Shown piece after piece: positions 8,996 through 17,917 of a stretch of DNA of 49,127 bases. The DNA lies in assembly GCA_024277055.1 (NCBI GenBank), contig JAJRVZ010000063.1, positions 1 through 49,127 on the forward strand, in the 5' to 3' direction. Position 1 is the first letter of the stretch. Each line of letters starts with the position of its first letter. The stretch is from Calditrichota bacterium. GTDB lineage: Bacteria > Calditrichota > Calditrichia > JAJRVZ01. The notes below the pieces were generated by a model. That model saw only the letters and a program-made list of their open reading frames with translations. It did no database searches and had not been told where the DNA came from. The position numbers were made by a program, and so were the translations under genes.

Positions 8996-10156
8996 ATGAA
9001 AACAATATATCTGGACAATGCAGCCACAACTCCCGTAGATGAGAGGGTTGCCCGACGTATCCTCGAAGTATCCATCCAAATGAGCGGCAATCCATCCAGC
9101 GTTCATTCTGCAGGCAGAAAGTCACGGGTGGAAATAGAAACCGCGCGTGCAGTGGTCGCCGCGGCTGTCGGCGCGCACAGTTCCGAAATCGTTTTTACTT
9201 CCGGAGGCACCGAATGCAATAATATGGCCCTGATCGGAACGGCAATGGCCTCTATCAGCAGGGGCCGGCATATTATCACGACACAGGCGGAGCATCCTTC
9301 GGTTTTAAACTCCCTGCAGTTTCTGCAAAAACAGGGGTTCGAAACGGATTTTCTTCCGTTGAATCCTGACGGTATTCCTGATCTGAACGAACTGAAAAGC
9401 CTGCTCAGAAAGGATACTATCCTTATCAGCATGATGCTGGCGAATAATGAAACCGGTGCTGTTTTCCCGGTAAAAATAGTGCGTGAAACAATCGGTGACC
9501 ATCCCGCCTTGATTCACACCGATGCGGTGCAGGCCTTCGGCCGCATTCAGTTTAATATAAAAGAATTAAATTGTGATTTGCTCAGCCTTTCAGCACATAA
9601 GATTTACGGACCCAAAGGTACAGGGGCTCTTTTCATCAGGAACGGAGTGAGGATCGATCCCTTAATCCTCGGCGGCTCGCAGGAGGCCGGCCGGCGGGCT
9701 GGGACGGAAAATACAGCGGGTATTGCCGGGTTCGCGGAAGCGGTGCGTTTACTGGGAAAATCTGTTGATGAAATCATACGGATCACCGAATTGCGCGATT
9801 ATTTCGAACAAAAGATTTTGGCGCTTAATCCCGAAGTGATTGTCGCAGCAGGGTCGGTGGAGCGGTTGTGCAGTCATTCCAATTTGTATTTCCCGGATGT
9901 ACCCGGAGACAGCCTGCTGATGAACCTTGATATTGCCGGTGTGTGCGCATCAACCGGTTCGGCCTGCAGTTCGGGTGCAATCGAACCGTCTCATGTTTTA
10001 AAAGCGATGGGAAGGTCTGATGAACAGGCTGCGGGCCATATCCGTTTCAGTTTCGGAAGATTCAATACCCGGGAAGAAGCAAAGGCCGCCGCAAAAACAG
10101 TATGCGAAGTATATGGGAAACTGAAAGCAGGGATTACGGAATATGCACGACGATGA
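8996..10156 (+). CDS. Cysteine desulfurase (NifS/IscS-type class V aminotransferase)
   Basis: 386-aa ORF with the PLP-lysine motif SLSAHKIYGPKG, the active-site loop STGSACSSG and a typical N-terminus IYLDNAATTP. Confidence 0.85.
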   Translation: MKTIYLDNAATTPVDERVARRILEVSIQMSGNPSSVHSAGRKSRVEIETARAVVAAAVGAHSSEIVFTSGGTECNNMALIGTAMASISRGRHIITTQAEHPSVLNSLQFLQKQGFETDFLPLNPDGIPDLNELKSLLRKDTILISMMLANNETGAVFPVKIVRETIGDHPALIHTDAVQAFGRIQFNIKELNCDLLSLSAHKIYGPKGTGALFIRNGVRIDPLILGGSQEAGRRAGTENTAGIAGFAEAVRLLGKSVDEIIRITELRDYFEQKILALNPEVIVAAGSVERLCSHSNLYFPDVPGDSLLMNLDIAGVCASTGSACSSGAIEPSHVLKAMGRSDEQAAGHIRFSFGRFNTREEAKAAAKTVCEVYGKLKAGITEYARR

Positions 10157-11933
10157 ATTGACGGGCAAAGCATACGATGCGCGTTTGATGAAGCGTTTGA
10201 TTGCTTATGCCCGGCCCTACAAGCATCTGGTTGCGGGTGGTGTAAGTCTTACGATTCTGGCATCGTTCCTGCAGCTGCTGGGTCCGTTTCTTACAAAAAC
10301 GGCAATTGATAAATATATTTCCGTAAAGGATGTTCAGGGGCTATACGGAATTCTGGCTATATACCTGGTTGTGATCGTGACGGTTTTTATCACCCAGTAT
10401 TTTCAGATTTATATTACCCAGTTTTTCGGACAGAAACTGATGTTCGACCTTCGTTCACAGATTTTCCGGCATCTGCAGTCTTTATCATTGCGTTTTTTCG
10501 ATAAAAATCCCGTCGGGCGATTGATGACAAGAGTAACGTCCGATATTGAATCACTGAACCAGATGTTCACCCAGGGTATAGTTACCATCTTTGGAGATAT
10601 TTTCCTGTTGCTCGGCATTGTAGGGGCACTGATTTATATGAATGTCAAACTGGCGCTGTGGACGTTCTCTGTAATTCCCATTTTATTCGTAATCACCTTT
10701 ATCTTTCGCTTACGGGTTCGCGAAGCATTCCGAAATATACGCAAGTGGGTCGCGCGAATTAATACATATGTGCAGGAAAATATTACCGGGATGCCGGTTG
10801 TTCAGGTTTTCAACCGGGCGGATAAAAATTTTGAACAATTCAAAACAATCAACCTTGAACACACCAGGGCACAAATTAAAACGGTGTTTTATTACGCCCT
10901 GTTCTATCCGGCTATCGAACTGGCCGGTGCCTTTGCGCTGGCACTGGTAATCTGGAGGGGAGGTATTTACCGTCAGGAAGACGCCATTTCGTTCGGAGCG
11001 CTTGTCGCTTTCATTCAATATGCACAAATGTTTTTCCGGCCGATTAGCGATCTGTCGGAAAAGTATAACATTCTACAGCAGGCGATGGCTTCTTCGGAGC
11101 GCGTTTTTAAGCTGCTGGATACGAAGCCTCTGATTTATAACGGCGTTAATGCACACCGTCACTCGCCTTTGCGGGGGAAAATAGAATTTAATAAGGTCTG
11201 TTTTTCCTATGATGGCGGGGAAGAGATATTGAAAGATATTTCGTTCAAGCTGGAGCCGGGAGAAAGCGCTGCCGTGGTTGGGCACACCGGTGCCGGAAAA
11301 ACCTCGTTGATTAACGTGCTGGCCAGACACTACGACATTCACAGTGGTTCAGTAACTATCGATGATATTCCGATCAGGCAATGGGATCTGAAATCACTGC
11401 GCGGCCAGATGGCAATTGTTTTGCAGGATGTGTTTCTTTTTTCCGGAACCATTAAAGACAATATTCGCCTGGGAAACAAAAGCATAACGGATGATCGCGT
11501 TCGCTGGGCGGCAGAGCAGGTAAATGCCCATTCTTTTATCGAAAAATTGCCGAAGCAATACGATACCGAAGTAAAAGAACGGGGCGTCACGTTATCAATG
11601 GGGCAAAGACAATTAATCTCCTTCGCCCGTGCGCTGGTGATCAATCCCCGTATACTCGTACTGGATGAAGCGACCTCCAGCATCGATACGGAAACCGAGT
11701 GTTTGATACAGGCTGCTCTCGAAAAACTTATGCAGGGCAGAACTTCTATCGTGATCGCCCACAGATTATCCACCATCAAACATGTCGATAAAATCATTGT
11801 TATGCACAAAGGCCGAATTCATGAAATCGGCACGCATCAGGAATTGCTTGAAAAAGAAGGTTTGTATTACCGGTTATATCTGTTGCAGTATAAAGATCAG
11901 GAAATACAGGTAGCGTCTCGCACAGCAAACTAA
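10143..11933 (+). CDS. ABC exporter, fused permease-ATPase (MsbA/MdlB-like)
   Basis: 596-aa ORF with six N-terminal TM helices, Walker A GHTGAGKTS, signature LSMGQRQ and Walker B ILVLDEATS. It overlaps the desulfurase gene by 14 nt. Confidence 0.85.
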   Translation: MHDDELTGKAYDARLMKRLIAYARPYKHLVAGGVSLTILASFLQLLGPFLTKTAIDKYISVKDVQGLYGILAIYLVVIVTVFITQYFQIYITQFFGQKLMFDLRSQIFRHLQSLSLRFFDKNPVGRLMTRVTSDIESLNQMFTQGIVTIFGDIFLLLGIVGALIYMNVKLALWTFSVIPILFVITFIFRLRVREAFRNIRKWVARINTYVQENITGMPVVQVFNRADKNFEQFKTINLEHTRAQIKTVFYYALFYPAIELAGAFALALVIWRGGIYRQEDAISFGALVAFIQYAQMFFRPISDLSEKYNILQQAMASSERVFKLLDTKPLIYNGVNAHRHSPLRGKIEFNKVCFSYDGGEEILKDISFKLEPGESAAVVGHTGAGKTSLINVLARHYDIHSGSVTIDDIPIRQWDLKSLRGQMAIVLQDVFLFSGTIKDNIRLGNKSITDDRVRWAAEQVNAHSFIEKLPKQYDTEVKERGVTLSMGQRQLISFARALVINPRILVLDEATSSIDTETECLIQAALEKLMQGRTSIVIAHRLSTIKHVDKIIVMHKGRIHEIGTHQELLEKEGLYYRLYLLQYKDQEIQVASRTAN

Positions 11934-11959
11934 AAAAATAAAAAACATTTGTTCCGGAC

Positions 11960-11996
11960 AAAAAAAGGGCAGCCTGCAACGAGTACTGCCCTTTTC
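11960..11996. terminator. Bidirectional intrinsic terminator between the convergent ABC exporter and citrate synthase genes
   Basis: AAAAAAAGGGCAG-cctgcaacgagta-CTGCCCTTTT. The GC stem is flanked by an A-run and a T-run. Confidence 0.7.
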
Positions 11997-12012
11997 AATT
12001 ACTGGCAAACAA

Positions 12013-13317
12013 TTATTTTATGCCGACCCTCTCTTCGAGCATTTCCAGTGTCAGGGATTTCGGACGTTCGATGGACTGTCCGAGTGCGCGATCCCAGATT
12101 ATATTTGATAGTACGCCGAGGGCACGTCCGACACCGAACATAACCGTGTAGAAGTCATATTCGTGTATGCCGTAATACCACTGCAGAACGCCGGAATGCG
12201 CATCCACATTCGGCCACGGATTTTTGGCTTTTCCGTGTTCCTGCAAAATCGGCGGAACGACTTCGTACAACAGACTGATCATTTTGAACAATTCGTCTTC
12301 CGGCAGATGTTTCAGGGCGAACTCACGCTGTGCCGTATACCGCGGGTCGGTTTTGCGCAACACGGCATGGCCATATCCCGGAATTACCTGGCCGGAATTC
12401 AGTGTATCCCACACATATTTTTGCAGGTATTCTTTTGTCGGCAGTTTGCCGCCCATCTGCTCCATGAGGTTCTGGCTCCAGCGCAGTACTTCCTGGTTGG
12501 CAAGACCGTGCAGCGGGCCGGCCAGGCCGTTTAATCCTGCTGCCAGCGAATAATAAGCGTCGGACAGGGCCGAAGCAACCAGATGCGTTGTGTGGGCGCT
12601 GACGTTTCCGCTTTCGTGATCGCTGTGAAGAATGAAATAAAGACGGGACAATTCGTCGTAGGGATGGTCGATACCCATCATATAAGCAAAATTCTTTCCG
12701 TAATCGAGAGAAAAATCCGGTGATATCGGTGTATCATCTTTGTACTTCATTCTGTAAATATATGCTGCAATGGTGTGCAGTTTTGCAATCAGATTCATGG
12801 CATCCTCAAACATCGGATCCCAGTAATCCATCTTGCTCATACCGGCATTGTAGCGTTTAACGAATTCGGACTCGCGCTGCAGGGAAGTGACCGCGGTAGA
12901 AAACATGGTCATCGGGTGCGTATCGCGTGGCATGGCACGCAGGGTTGCCCAGACATAATCGGGAACTTCTCCGCGTTTCTGCAAATCACTGATCACATCC
13001 TGTACATCGGCTTCAGTCGGAAGTTCTCCGGTAAGCAGTAAATAAAGATGTCCTTCAACATAGGGTACCTCCGCTCCCGGCGCTTTGGGAAGCTTTTCAA
13101 GCGTTTCAGGAATGGTGTAACCACGAAAACGGATTCCTTCCATGGGGTCCAGGTAAGAAATGTCGGTAGTGAGACATTTAAGCCCTCTCATACCACCGTA
13201 AAACTGGCGCACGTATACCTTGTCGATTTCAACATCGCCATATTCTTTCAGCAGACGGGTTACGCGCGCTCTCCATTCAGGCATCAGAGAAGCTAGTTTC
13301 TCTTTGAGTTTAGACAT
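12013..13317 (-). CDS. gltA: Citrate synthase, eukaryotic/mitochondrial type
   Basis: 434-aa ORF. Long stretches match the pig heart enzyme as I recall it: GGMRG, LDPxEGIRFRGY(T/S)IPE, HSDHExGNVSAHTxHLVxSALSD, GLAGPLHGLANQEVL, PGYGHAVLRKTDPRYTxQREFALKHLP and KAKNPWPNVDAHSGVL. AAGGAG lies 7 nt upstream of the ATG. Confidence 0.9.
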   Translation of the reverse strand: MSKLKEKLASLMPEWRARVTRLLKEYGDVEIDKVYVRQFYGGMRGLKCLTTDISYLDPMEGIRFRGYTIPETLEKLPKAPGAEVPYVEGHLYLLLTGELPTEADVQDVISDLQKRGEVPDYVWATLRAMPRDTHPMTMFSTAVTSLQRESEFVKRYNAGMSKMDYWDPMFEDAMNLIAKLHTIAAYIYRMKYKDDTPISPDFSLDYGKNFAYMMGIDHPYDELSRLYFILHSDHESGNVSAHTTHLVASALSDAYYSLAAGLNGLAGPLHGLANQEVLRWSQNLMEQMGGKLPTKEYLQKYVWDTLNSGQVIPGYGHAVLRKTDPRYTAQREFALKHLPEDELFKMISLLYEVVPPILQEHGKAKNPWPNVDAHSGVLQWYYGIHEYDFYTVMFGVGRALGVLSNIIWDRALGQSIERPKSLTLEMLEERVGIK

Positions 13318-13374
13318 AGGGCGCTCCTTTCATAAAGGTGGAAAATATTAAATGCATCTCGTTAATCAGTTCAC

Positions 13375-13403
13375 AAAACAGGAGCCATTTCGAACCCTGT
13401 TTT
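13375..13403 (-). terminator. Weak terminator or attenuator hairpin between the FmdB-like gene and gltA
   Basis: AAAACAGG-N13-CCTGTTTT followed on the minus strand by TTTTGTG. The 8-bp stem is largely A/U. Confidence 0.35.
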
Positions 13404-13413
13404 GTTGTATGAA

Positions 13414-13665
13414 TCAGGAGGCTTTAGCTTTGGGCTTGTTTGGTTTTTTGTCAGACTTTTTCGAGTCTGAACCGGAGTTGTTGTTGTTTTTATAATCGGT
13501 TATATAAAAACCACTACCTTTAAATAACAGCCCGGACCCACCTGATATCTTGCGCTGAACCGACCCGTCACATTTTGGGCAAATGGTCAGCGGATCTGAG
13601 GCAATGCTTTGAAACTCCTCGAACTCGAATCCACATTCGGTGCAAAAGTATTCGTAAGTCGGCAT
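13414..13665 (-). CDS. FmdB-family zinc-ribbon protein
   Basis: The 83-aa ORF begins MPTYEYFCTECGFEFEEFQSI...CPKCDG (CxxC...CxxC), the canonical FmdB/CxxC_CxxC_SSSS N-terminus. It has an N/S/K-rich tail. Confidence 0.75.
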   Translation of the reverse strand: MPTYEYFCTECGFEFEEFQSIASDPLTICPKCDGSVQRKISGGSGLLFKGSGFYITDYKNNNNSGSDSKKSDKKPNKPKAKAS

Positions 13666-13739
13666 TTACTCAATTTCTCCTTCTACAATACCTTCGATCT
13701 GTTTCCGGTTTAGAGATGCGAACAACGCTAATTTAATCA

Positions 13740-14726
13740 TCAACTGAGAATCGCGCAAATACAAGCGACATTGATTATGTCTTCTACGCTGCATCCGCGT
13801 GAAAGATCATTATACGGCTTCTTAAGACCCTGTATTACCGGCCCGATAGCTTCGGCTTTGGCAAGCCGCTGCACCATTTTGTAGCCGATGTTGCCGGCGT
13901 TTAGATCCGGAAAAATAAAAACATTGGCCTTGCCGGCCACGGGACTTCCGGGTGCTTTTTTTGATCCGACGGATTCCAGCAAAGCGGCGTCGAATTGCAA
14001 CTCCCCGTCAACTTTCAGGTAGGGAGCCGTCTTTTTTACGATCTCTGTTGCGGCAATTACCTTGTCCGCAAGCGGATGCCGGGCACTGCCTTTGGTCGAA
14101 AAGGAAAGCATGGCGGTTATCGGTTCCTGTTCGATTAATTTTTCGTGCGTACGCGAACTGCTGATCGCGATACTTGCCAGCTGTTCGGGATCGGGATCGG
14201 GAATGACGGCACAATCGCCGAACGTATATATGGCGCCGTCGGGCAAAGCCATTATGAATGAACTGGAGACCACGCTGACATCATCCGAAAGGCCCACAAC
14301 CTGAATGGCCGCCCTTAACACATCCCCGGTTGTGTTAACGGAACCCGCAACCGCCCCGTCGGCCATGCCGTGCCGTAACATAAATGCAGCGAAGAAAAGA
14401 GGATTTCTGACAGCTTCAGCGGCCTGTGCCTGCGAAATCCCCTTGTGCCTGCGCAGCTCATAGTATTCACGACACCAGTTTTCGTAATGGTCCTCCTGTT
14501 CGGGATGAATGATTCGTACACCATCAATGTTGACTCCGGCCTTAGCCGCTGTCGATTTCACCTGCTGTTCATTTCCAAGCAGTATCGGGGTCAGTAATCC
14601 GCCGGTATGCAGAAAGTGGGCGGCTTTCACAACCCGTTCCTCCTCCCCTTCCGGCAATACGATGATTTTCCTTTTGCCGGCGGCTGATTCTCTGAATTTG
14701 TTTATCACATCCATTTGGAACCTCAT
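13740..14726 (-). CDS. pta: Phosphate acetyltransferase (short, single-domain form)
   Basis: 328-aa ORF with PTA_PTB family patterns: VLPEGEEERV, GSVNTTGDVLRAA, FIFPDLNAGNIGYK and SRGCSVEDI. Confidence 0.85.
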   Translation of the reverse strand: MRFQMDVINKFRESAAGKRKIIVLPEGEEERVVKAAHFLHTGGLLTPILLGNEQQVKSTAAKAGVNIDGVRIIHPEQEDHYENWCREYYELRRHKGISQAQAAEAVRNPLFFAAFMLRHGMADGAVAGSVNTTGDVLRAAIQVVGLSDDVSVVSSSFIMALPDGAIYTFGDCAVIPDPDPEQLASIAISSSRTHEKLIEQEPITAMLSFSTKGSARHPLADKVIAATEIVKKTAPYLKVDGELQFDAALLESVGSKKAPGSPVAGKANVFIFPDLNAGNIGYKMVQRLAKAEAIGPVIQGLKKPYNDLSRGCSVEDIINVACICAILS

Positions 14727-14728
14727 AG

Positions 14729-15214
14729 TTATTTGAATTTGTCCCTGAGTCGCCTGGCTACTTCCGGTGTGACAAAATTGGAAATATCACCACCAAATTC
14801 AGCGACTTCCTTAACAATAGTGGAATTCAGATAGGTATATTTTTCATTTGGCATTAAAAAAACGGTTGTTATGTCTTTTTGCAGGCGACGGTTCATCAGT
14901 GCCATTTGAAACTCAAACTCAAAATCTGAAATAGCGCGCAATCCCCGGATAATCGCAACGGCGCTTTTCTGTCGGGCAAAATCGACCAGCAGCCCACCGA
15001 AAGATTCGGCGCGGACACTGGGAAAACGGCGGACGGCATCATGAATGAGATCGATTCTTTCTTCCACGGAAAAAAGAGGTTTTTTTCGGGCGTTGGTTGC
15101 AATCGTGATAATCACTTCGTCAAAAATTCTGCAAGCCCGTTCTACAATATCCAGATGGCCGAGTGTGAATGGATCGAATGTACCGGGATAAATTGCGCAG
15201 CGCTTACTCATCAT
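14729..15214 (-). CDS. coaD: Pantetheine-phosphate adenylyltransferase
   Basis: 161-aa ORF with YPGTFDPFTLGHLDIVERA (HxGH-type nucleotidyltransferase motif) and AIIRGLRAISDFEFEFQMALMN. Confidence 0.9.
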   Translation of the reverse strand: MMSKRCAIYPGTFDPFTLGHLDIVERACRIFDEVIITIATNARKKPLFSVEERIDLIHDAVRRFPSVRAESFGGLLVDFARQKSAVAIIRGLRAISDFEFEFQMALMNRRLQKDITTVFLMPNEKYTYLNSTIVKEVAEFGGDISNFVTPEVARRLRDKFK

Positions 15215-15767
15215 GCACCTCCTTCGCGGGTATTAAAAAAGATATGATGCTCCGGCCGAATTTCTTCTGTTTGACAATTTCATAAAATTTTGACTGCGCA
15301 GCAAGCGGATTTGTAATTTCATGTTCGATTACCGCCATTCCACCCGCTTTAATTATTTTATTTTCAAACAGTATCTCGGTTAATTCCTGCAGGGGGGGAT
15401 AAACAAACGGAGGATCCATCAGAATAAGATCAAAACACATATCGGTTTTACGTGCAAATAATAAAGCGTCCATTTTCAATACCCGGTATTTCGATGTATC
15501 AATGCCCAGATTTTCAATGTTTTCCAAAAGAATCTTCAGCGAGGAGGAATTTTTTTCAACAAAAACAATTTTATCAGCCCCGCGACTGAGGGCCTCAAGT
15601 CCCAGGCCGCCGCTGCCGCTGAAAATATCACAGACGATTTTTTCAAAATAAAAATCCTGCAACACATTGAAAATAAACTCTTTAACGAGGCTGGTGGTGG
15701 GCCTGATGGACAGGTTCCGGCTTGCTTTTAATTTTCTACCTTTATAGATACCGGTCTGTATTCGCAT
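15204..15767 (-). CDS. rsmD: 16S rRNA (guanine966-N2)-methyltransferase
   Basis: The ORF is 15204..15782 (TTG). I prefer the ATG at 15767, which gives MRIQTGIYKGRKL...RPT, the typical RsmD start. The SAM motif is DIFSGSGGLGLEALSRGA and the catalytic motif is LMDPPF. It overlaps coaD by 11 nt. Confidence 0.8.
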   Translation of the reverse strand: MRIQTGIYKGRKLKASRNLSIRPTTSLVKEFIFNVLQDFYFEKIVCDIFSGSGGLGLEALSRGADKIVFVEKNSSSLKILLENIENLGIDTSKYRVLKMDALLFARKTDMCFDLILMDPPFVYPPLQELTEILFENKIIKAGGMAVIEHEITNPLAAQSKFYEIVKQKKFGRSIISFLIPAKEVHDE

Positions 15768-15789
15768 CAGTTCTGCATTCAATCGCAGA

Positions 15790-16902
15790 TCACATGTAGA
15801 GATCTACGATCAGGTCCATTTTAAATTGTGCATTGCGAAAATTCCGCTGGTTGGTAGGAATCAGTGATAGTTTATAAATTCCGGCATTCAGGTTCGCCGT
15901 TGAAAGTTGCTTTAAAAAATTCAGACAAGCCGTTTCACTACCGCGAAAAGTATACTCCATCCGTGTCACAATGAACAGATTCTCTTTTTTGGTCGAAAGC
16001 TGCCGTGAATTCTTCAGGGATAATTTGTGACTGCGGGCGACCTGTTTAATCCATTCTCCCGGGGCTTTTACCACAGCTTCCTTGCTTTGAGAACCGCTGC
16101 CGGCCTGAGGTCGGCCCAGCACGACATCGTATAAAGCAAAAATTCCGCCATTTTCACCCGGACGCTGGTCAACGGAGATCAGCTGGCTCTCTGCAAATAC
16201 CGGATTGTCTTTTATTTTCATATTGAATCGGGCAAGGTCCTCACGGCCGGGACTGAATACTTCAAAATTTAAATTCTGACCGTAGAGAAGAACACTGGAA
16301 TAGTAAACATTGTTTACTTTCATATCCCTGAGAGCTGAAATATACCCGACGCGATATTGTTTTTCGGCGGCCAGCTGCCTGGCCATCTTTTCCTTTTGAG
16401 TGGTTTTCGCATCTTTAAGTTTTTTTTCAGCATCCGGACCGGACACCGTTTTTTCCCGTACGGGAATGGGTTTGCCCGGGCCGCCGAGAATAAAATTCTT
16501 AACGATAAAATATCCGCCGATAATCAGGACAACAACAATAATCCCGATAATAATCGGTTTATAATTGATACCTTCCTGCTTTTCATCCTCGTAATCAATT
16601 TCCGGCGGTTTCTGAATGGTTACCGGTTTTTCCAGGTCCAAGTCGTCACCGGCAACAGCGGGTTGCTCGGCAATAGGCGTATGCTCGGCGACGGCGTCTT
16701 TACCGGGAGCAGCTGAAAACATTCCCTGATCAGACGCTTGTTCGGATTGGGGTTGTTCATAAAAATCCGTAACGGGCCGCACCTCGGACTTGTCTTGCAC
16801 GGGTGTTTCAGGACCGTTATCTGCAGTTTCAGCAGGCTTTTTCTCAAAAATACTGTCAAGATCATCCGTACGCTTACTATCCAAAACATTATATTTTGGC
16901 AT
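15790..16902 (-). CDS. Bitopic membrane protein with a PilN/PilO-like periplasmic region (tentative)
   Basis: 370-aa ORF with GGGAGG 9 nt upstream of the ATG. The acidic, probably disordered N-terminus is about 115 aa. It has a single TM helix (IIIGIIVVVLIIGGYFIV) and then two alpha/beta-like segments. It lies immediately after the PilM-like gene. Confidence 0.4.
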   Translation of the reverse strand: MPKYNVLDSKRTDDLDSIFEKKPAETADNGPETPVQDKSEVRPVTDFYEQPQSEQASDQGMFSAAPGKDAVAEHTPIAEQPAVAGDDLDLEKPVTIQKPPEIDYEDEKQEGINYKPIIIGIIVVVLIIGGYFIVKNFILGGPGKPIPVREKTVSGPDAEKKLKDAKTTQKEKMARQLAAEKQYRVGYISALRDMKVNNVYYSSVLLYGQNLNFEVFSPGREDLARFNMKIKDNPVFAESQLISVDQRPGENGGIFALYDVVLGRPQAGSGSQSKEAVVKAPGEWIKQVARSHKLSLKNSRQLSTKKENLFIVTRMEYTFRGSETACLNFLKQLSTANLNAGIYKLSLIPTNQRNFRNAQFKMDLIVDLYM

Positions 16903-16924
16903 ACCTTACCTCCCGGAACCGAAA

Positions 16925-17866
16925 TTACAAATCGAGAGCAATACCGATACATTCTACATATCGGGATAACTCTTCCCTCTCTGACAGAACGCCTTTGATT
17001 GTTTCGTCCATATTTATATTATCGATCGGAATAAATAGTTCAACACCGACAGATAAATTTTTTCGAACAGTTTCAAGCAGGTCCCGATTGCAGCGGGTGC
17101 CGTAGATATAAACGGAGCCGACCTTTATTTCATCCTCTCCCCGTTGTTCAAAAAACCGTTCGATATTTTTAATGGAATCTTTTATTTTTACAGCAATATC
17201 CTGATCATTTTTTAAGCTGTTATTTCCGGGCTGAACCTTTTCATAAATTGAAGTATGGTAAACACCATTTTTTAAATAAACACATTCGAAAGACTGATTG
17301 CCGGGTTTTACCAGGCAGGTCAGGCCGGCGGCATTGTTTCCATATACCTGCTGAAAACAGATTTCTGCGGATAATTGATTCACTCCGAGATTTACAATAT
17401 TGAATTTGCAGAAGCTGGCCATTTTCTGAAAAAAATCCACGACCTTTTTCAAAATACAGATTACGATAACATGGGGCGTATCTTCAATAACTTCAATATT
17501 ATCGGTTACTATGTAGATATAATTTTCCAGCGAGGAAATCAGTAGTTGAGATAATTCCCAGCGAATATGCTCCGTACGTTCATCCCCTTCAAGTCCCTGC
17601 GGAACCGGCACTCTCTTGATCTGTGCCAGATTGGATTCGATTGAAATACAAACATCCGGGTTTTCTATATGTAAAGCTTGAAAACGGCTGATCAGCGAAT
17701 TGGAAACACGTACGATATTTTCATCATTAAAAAAACTGTTTTCCCGGTAGGTAAAAGGGTAATCGATAGTTTCAAGTGTCTTCAATGTTAATGAATCGTT
17801 CTCTCGCCCGAAATGAGCCAGATAGATGTTGTCGCAGGAAAATGATAGGCCTATATAATTGTTCAT
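16925..17866 (-). CDS. PilM-like actin-fold assembly protein (divergent)
   Basis: 313-aa ORF. Its length and N-terminal pattern (IGLSFSCDNIYLAHF...) fit PilM/FtsA-like proteins. The phosphate-binding Asp residues are not conserved. Its position next to a pilin-like gene and a PilN/O-like gene supports the call. Confidence 0.5.
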   Translation of the reverse strand: MNNYIGLSFSCDNIYLAHFGRENDSLTLKTLETIDYPFTYRENSFFNDENIVRVSNSLISRFQALHIENPDVCISIESNLAQIKRVPVPQGLEGDERTEHIRWELSQLLISSLENYIYIVTDNIEVIEDTPHVIVICILKKVVDFFQKMASFCKFNIVNLGVNQLSAEICFQQVYGNNAAGLTCLVKPGNQSFECVYLKNGVYHTSIYEKVQPGNNSLKNDQDIAVKIKDSIKNIERFFEQRGEDEIKVGSVYIYGTRCNRDLLETVRKNLSVGVELFIPIDNINMDETIKGVLSEREELSRYVECIGIALDL

Positions 17867-17869
17867 AGC

Positions 17870-17908
17870 TATAAAAAATAAAGACAGGGAGCCCGAAAGC
17901 TCCCTGTC
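17870..17908 (-). terminator. Strong intrinsic terminator between the pilin-like gene and the PilM-like gene
   Basis: On the minus strand: GACAGGGAGC-tttcgg-GCTCCCTGTC followed by TTTATTTTTT. The stem is a perfect 10 bp and GC-rich. Confidence 0.8.
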
Positions 17909-17917
17909 AAATAATAA

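Noticed and set aside
13375-13403. A GGTTCGAAA motif on the minus strand resembling a tRNA T-loop
   Set aside because: The enclosing stem has a 13-nt loop rather than 7 nt. No acceptor, D or anticodon arms can be drawn around it. I treat it as a weak terminator hairpin instead.
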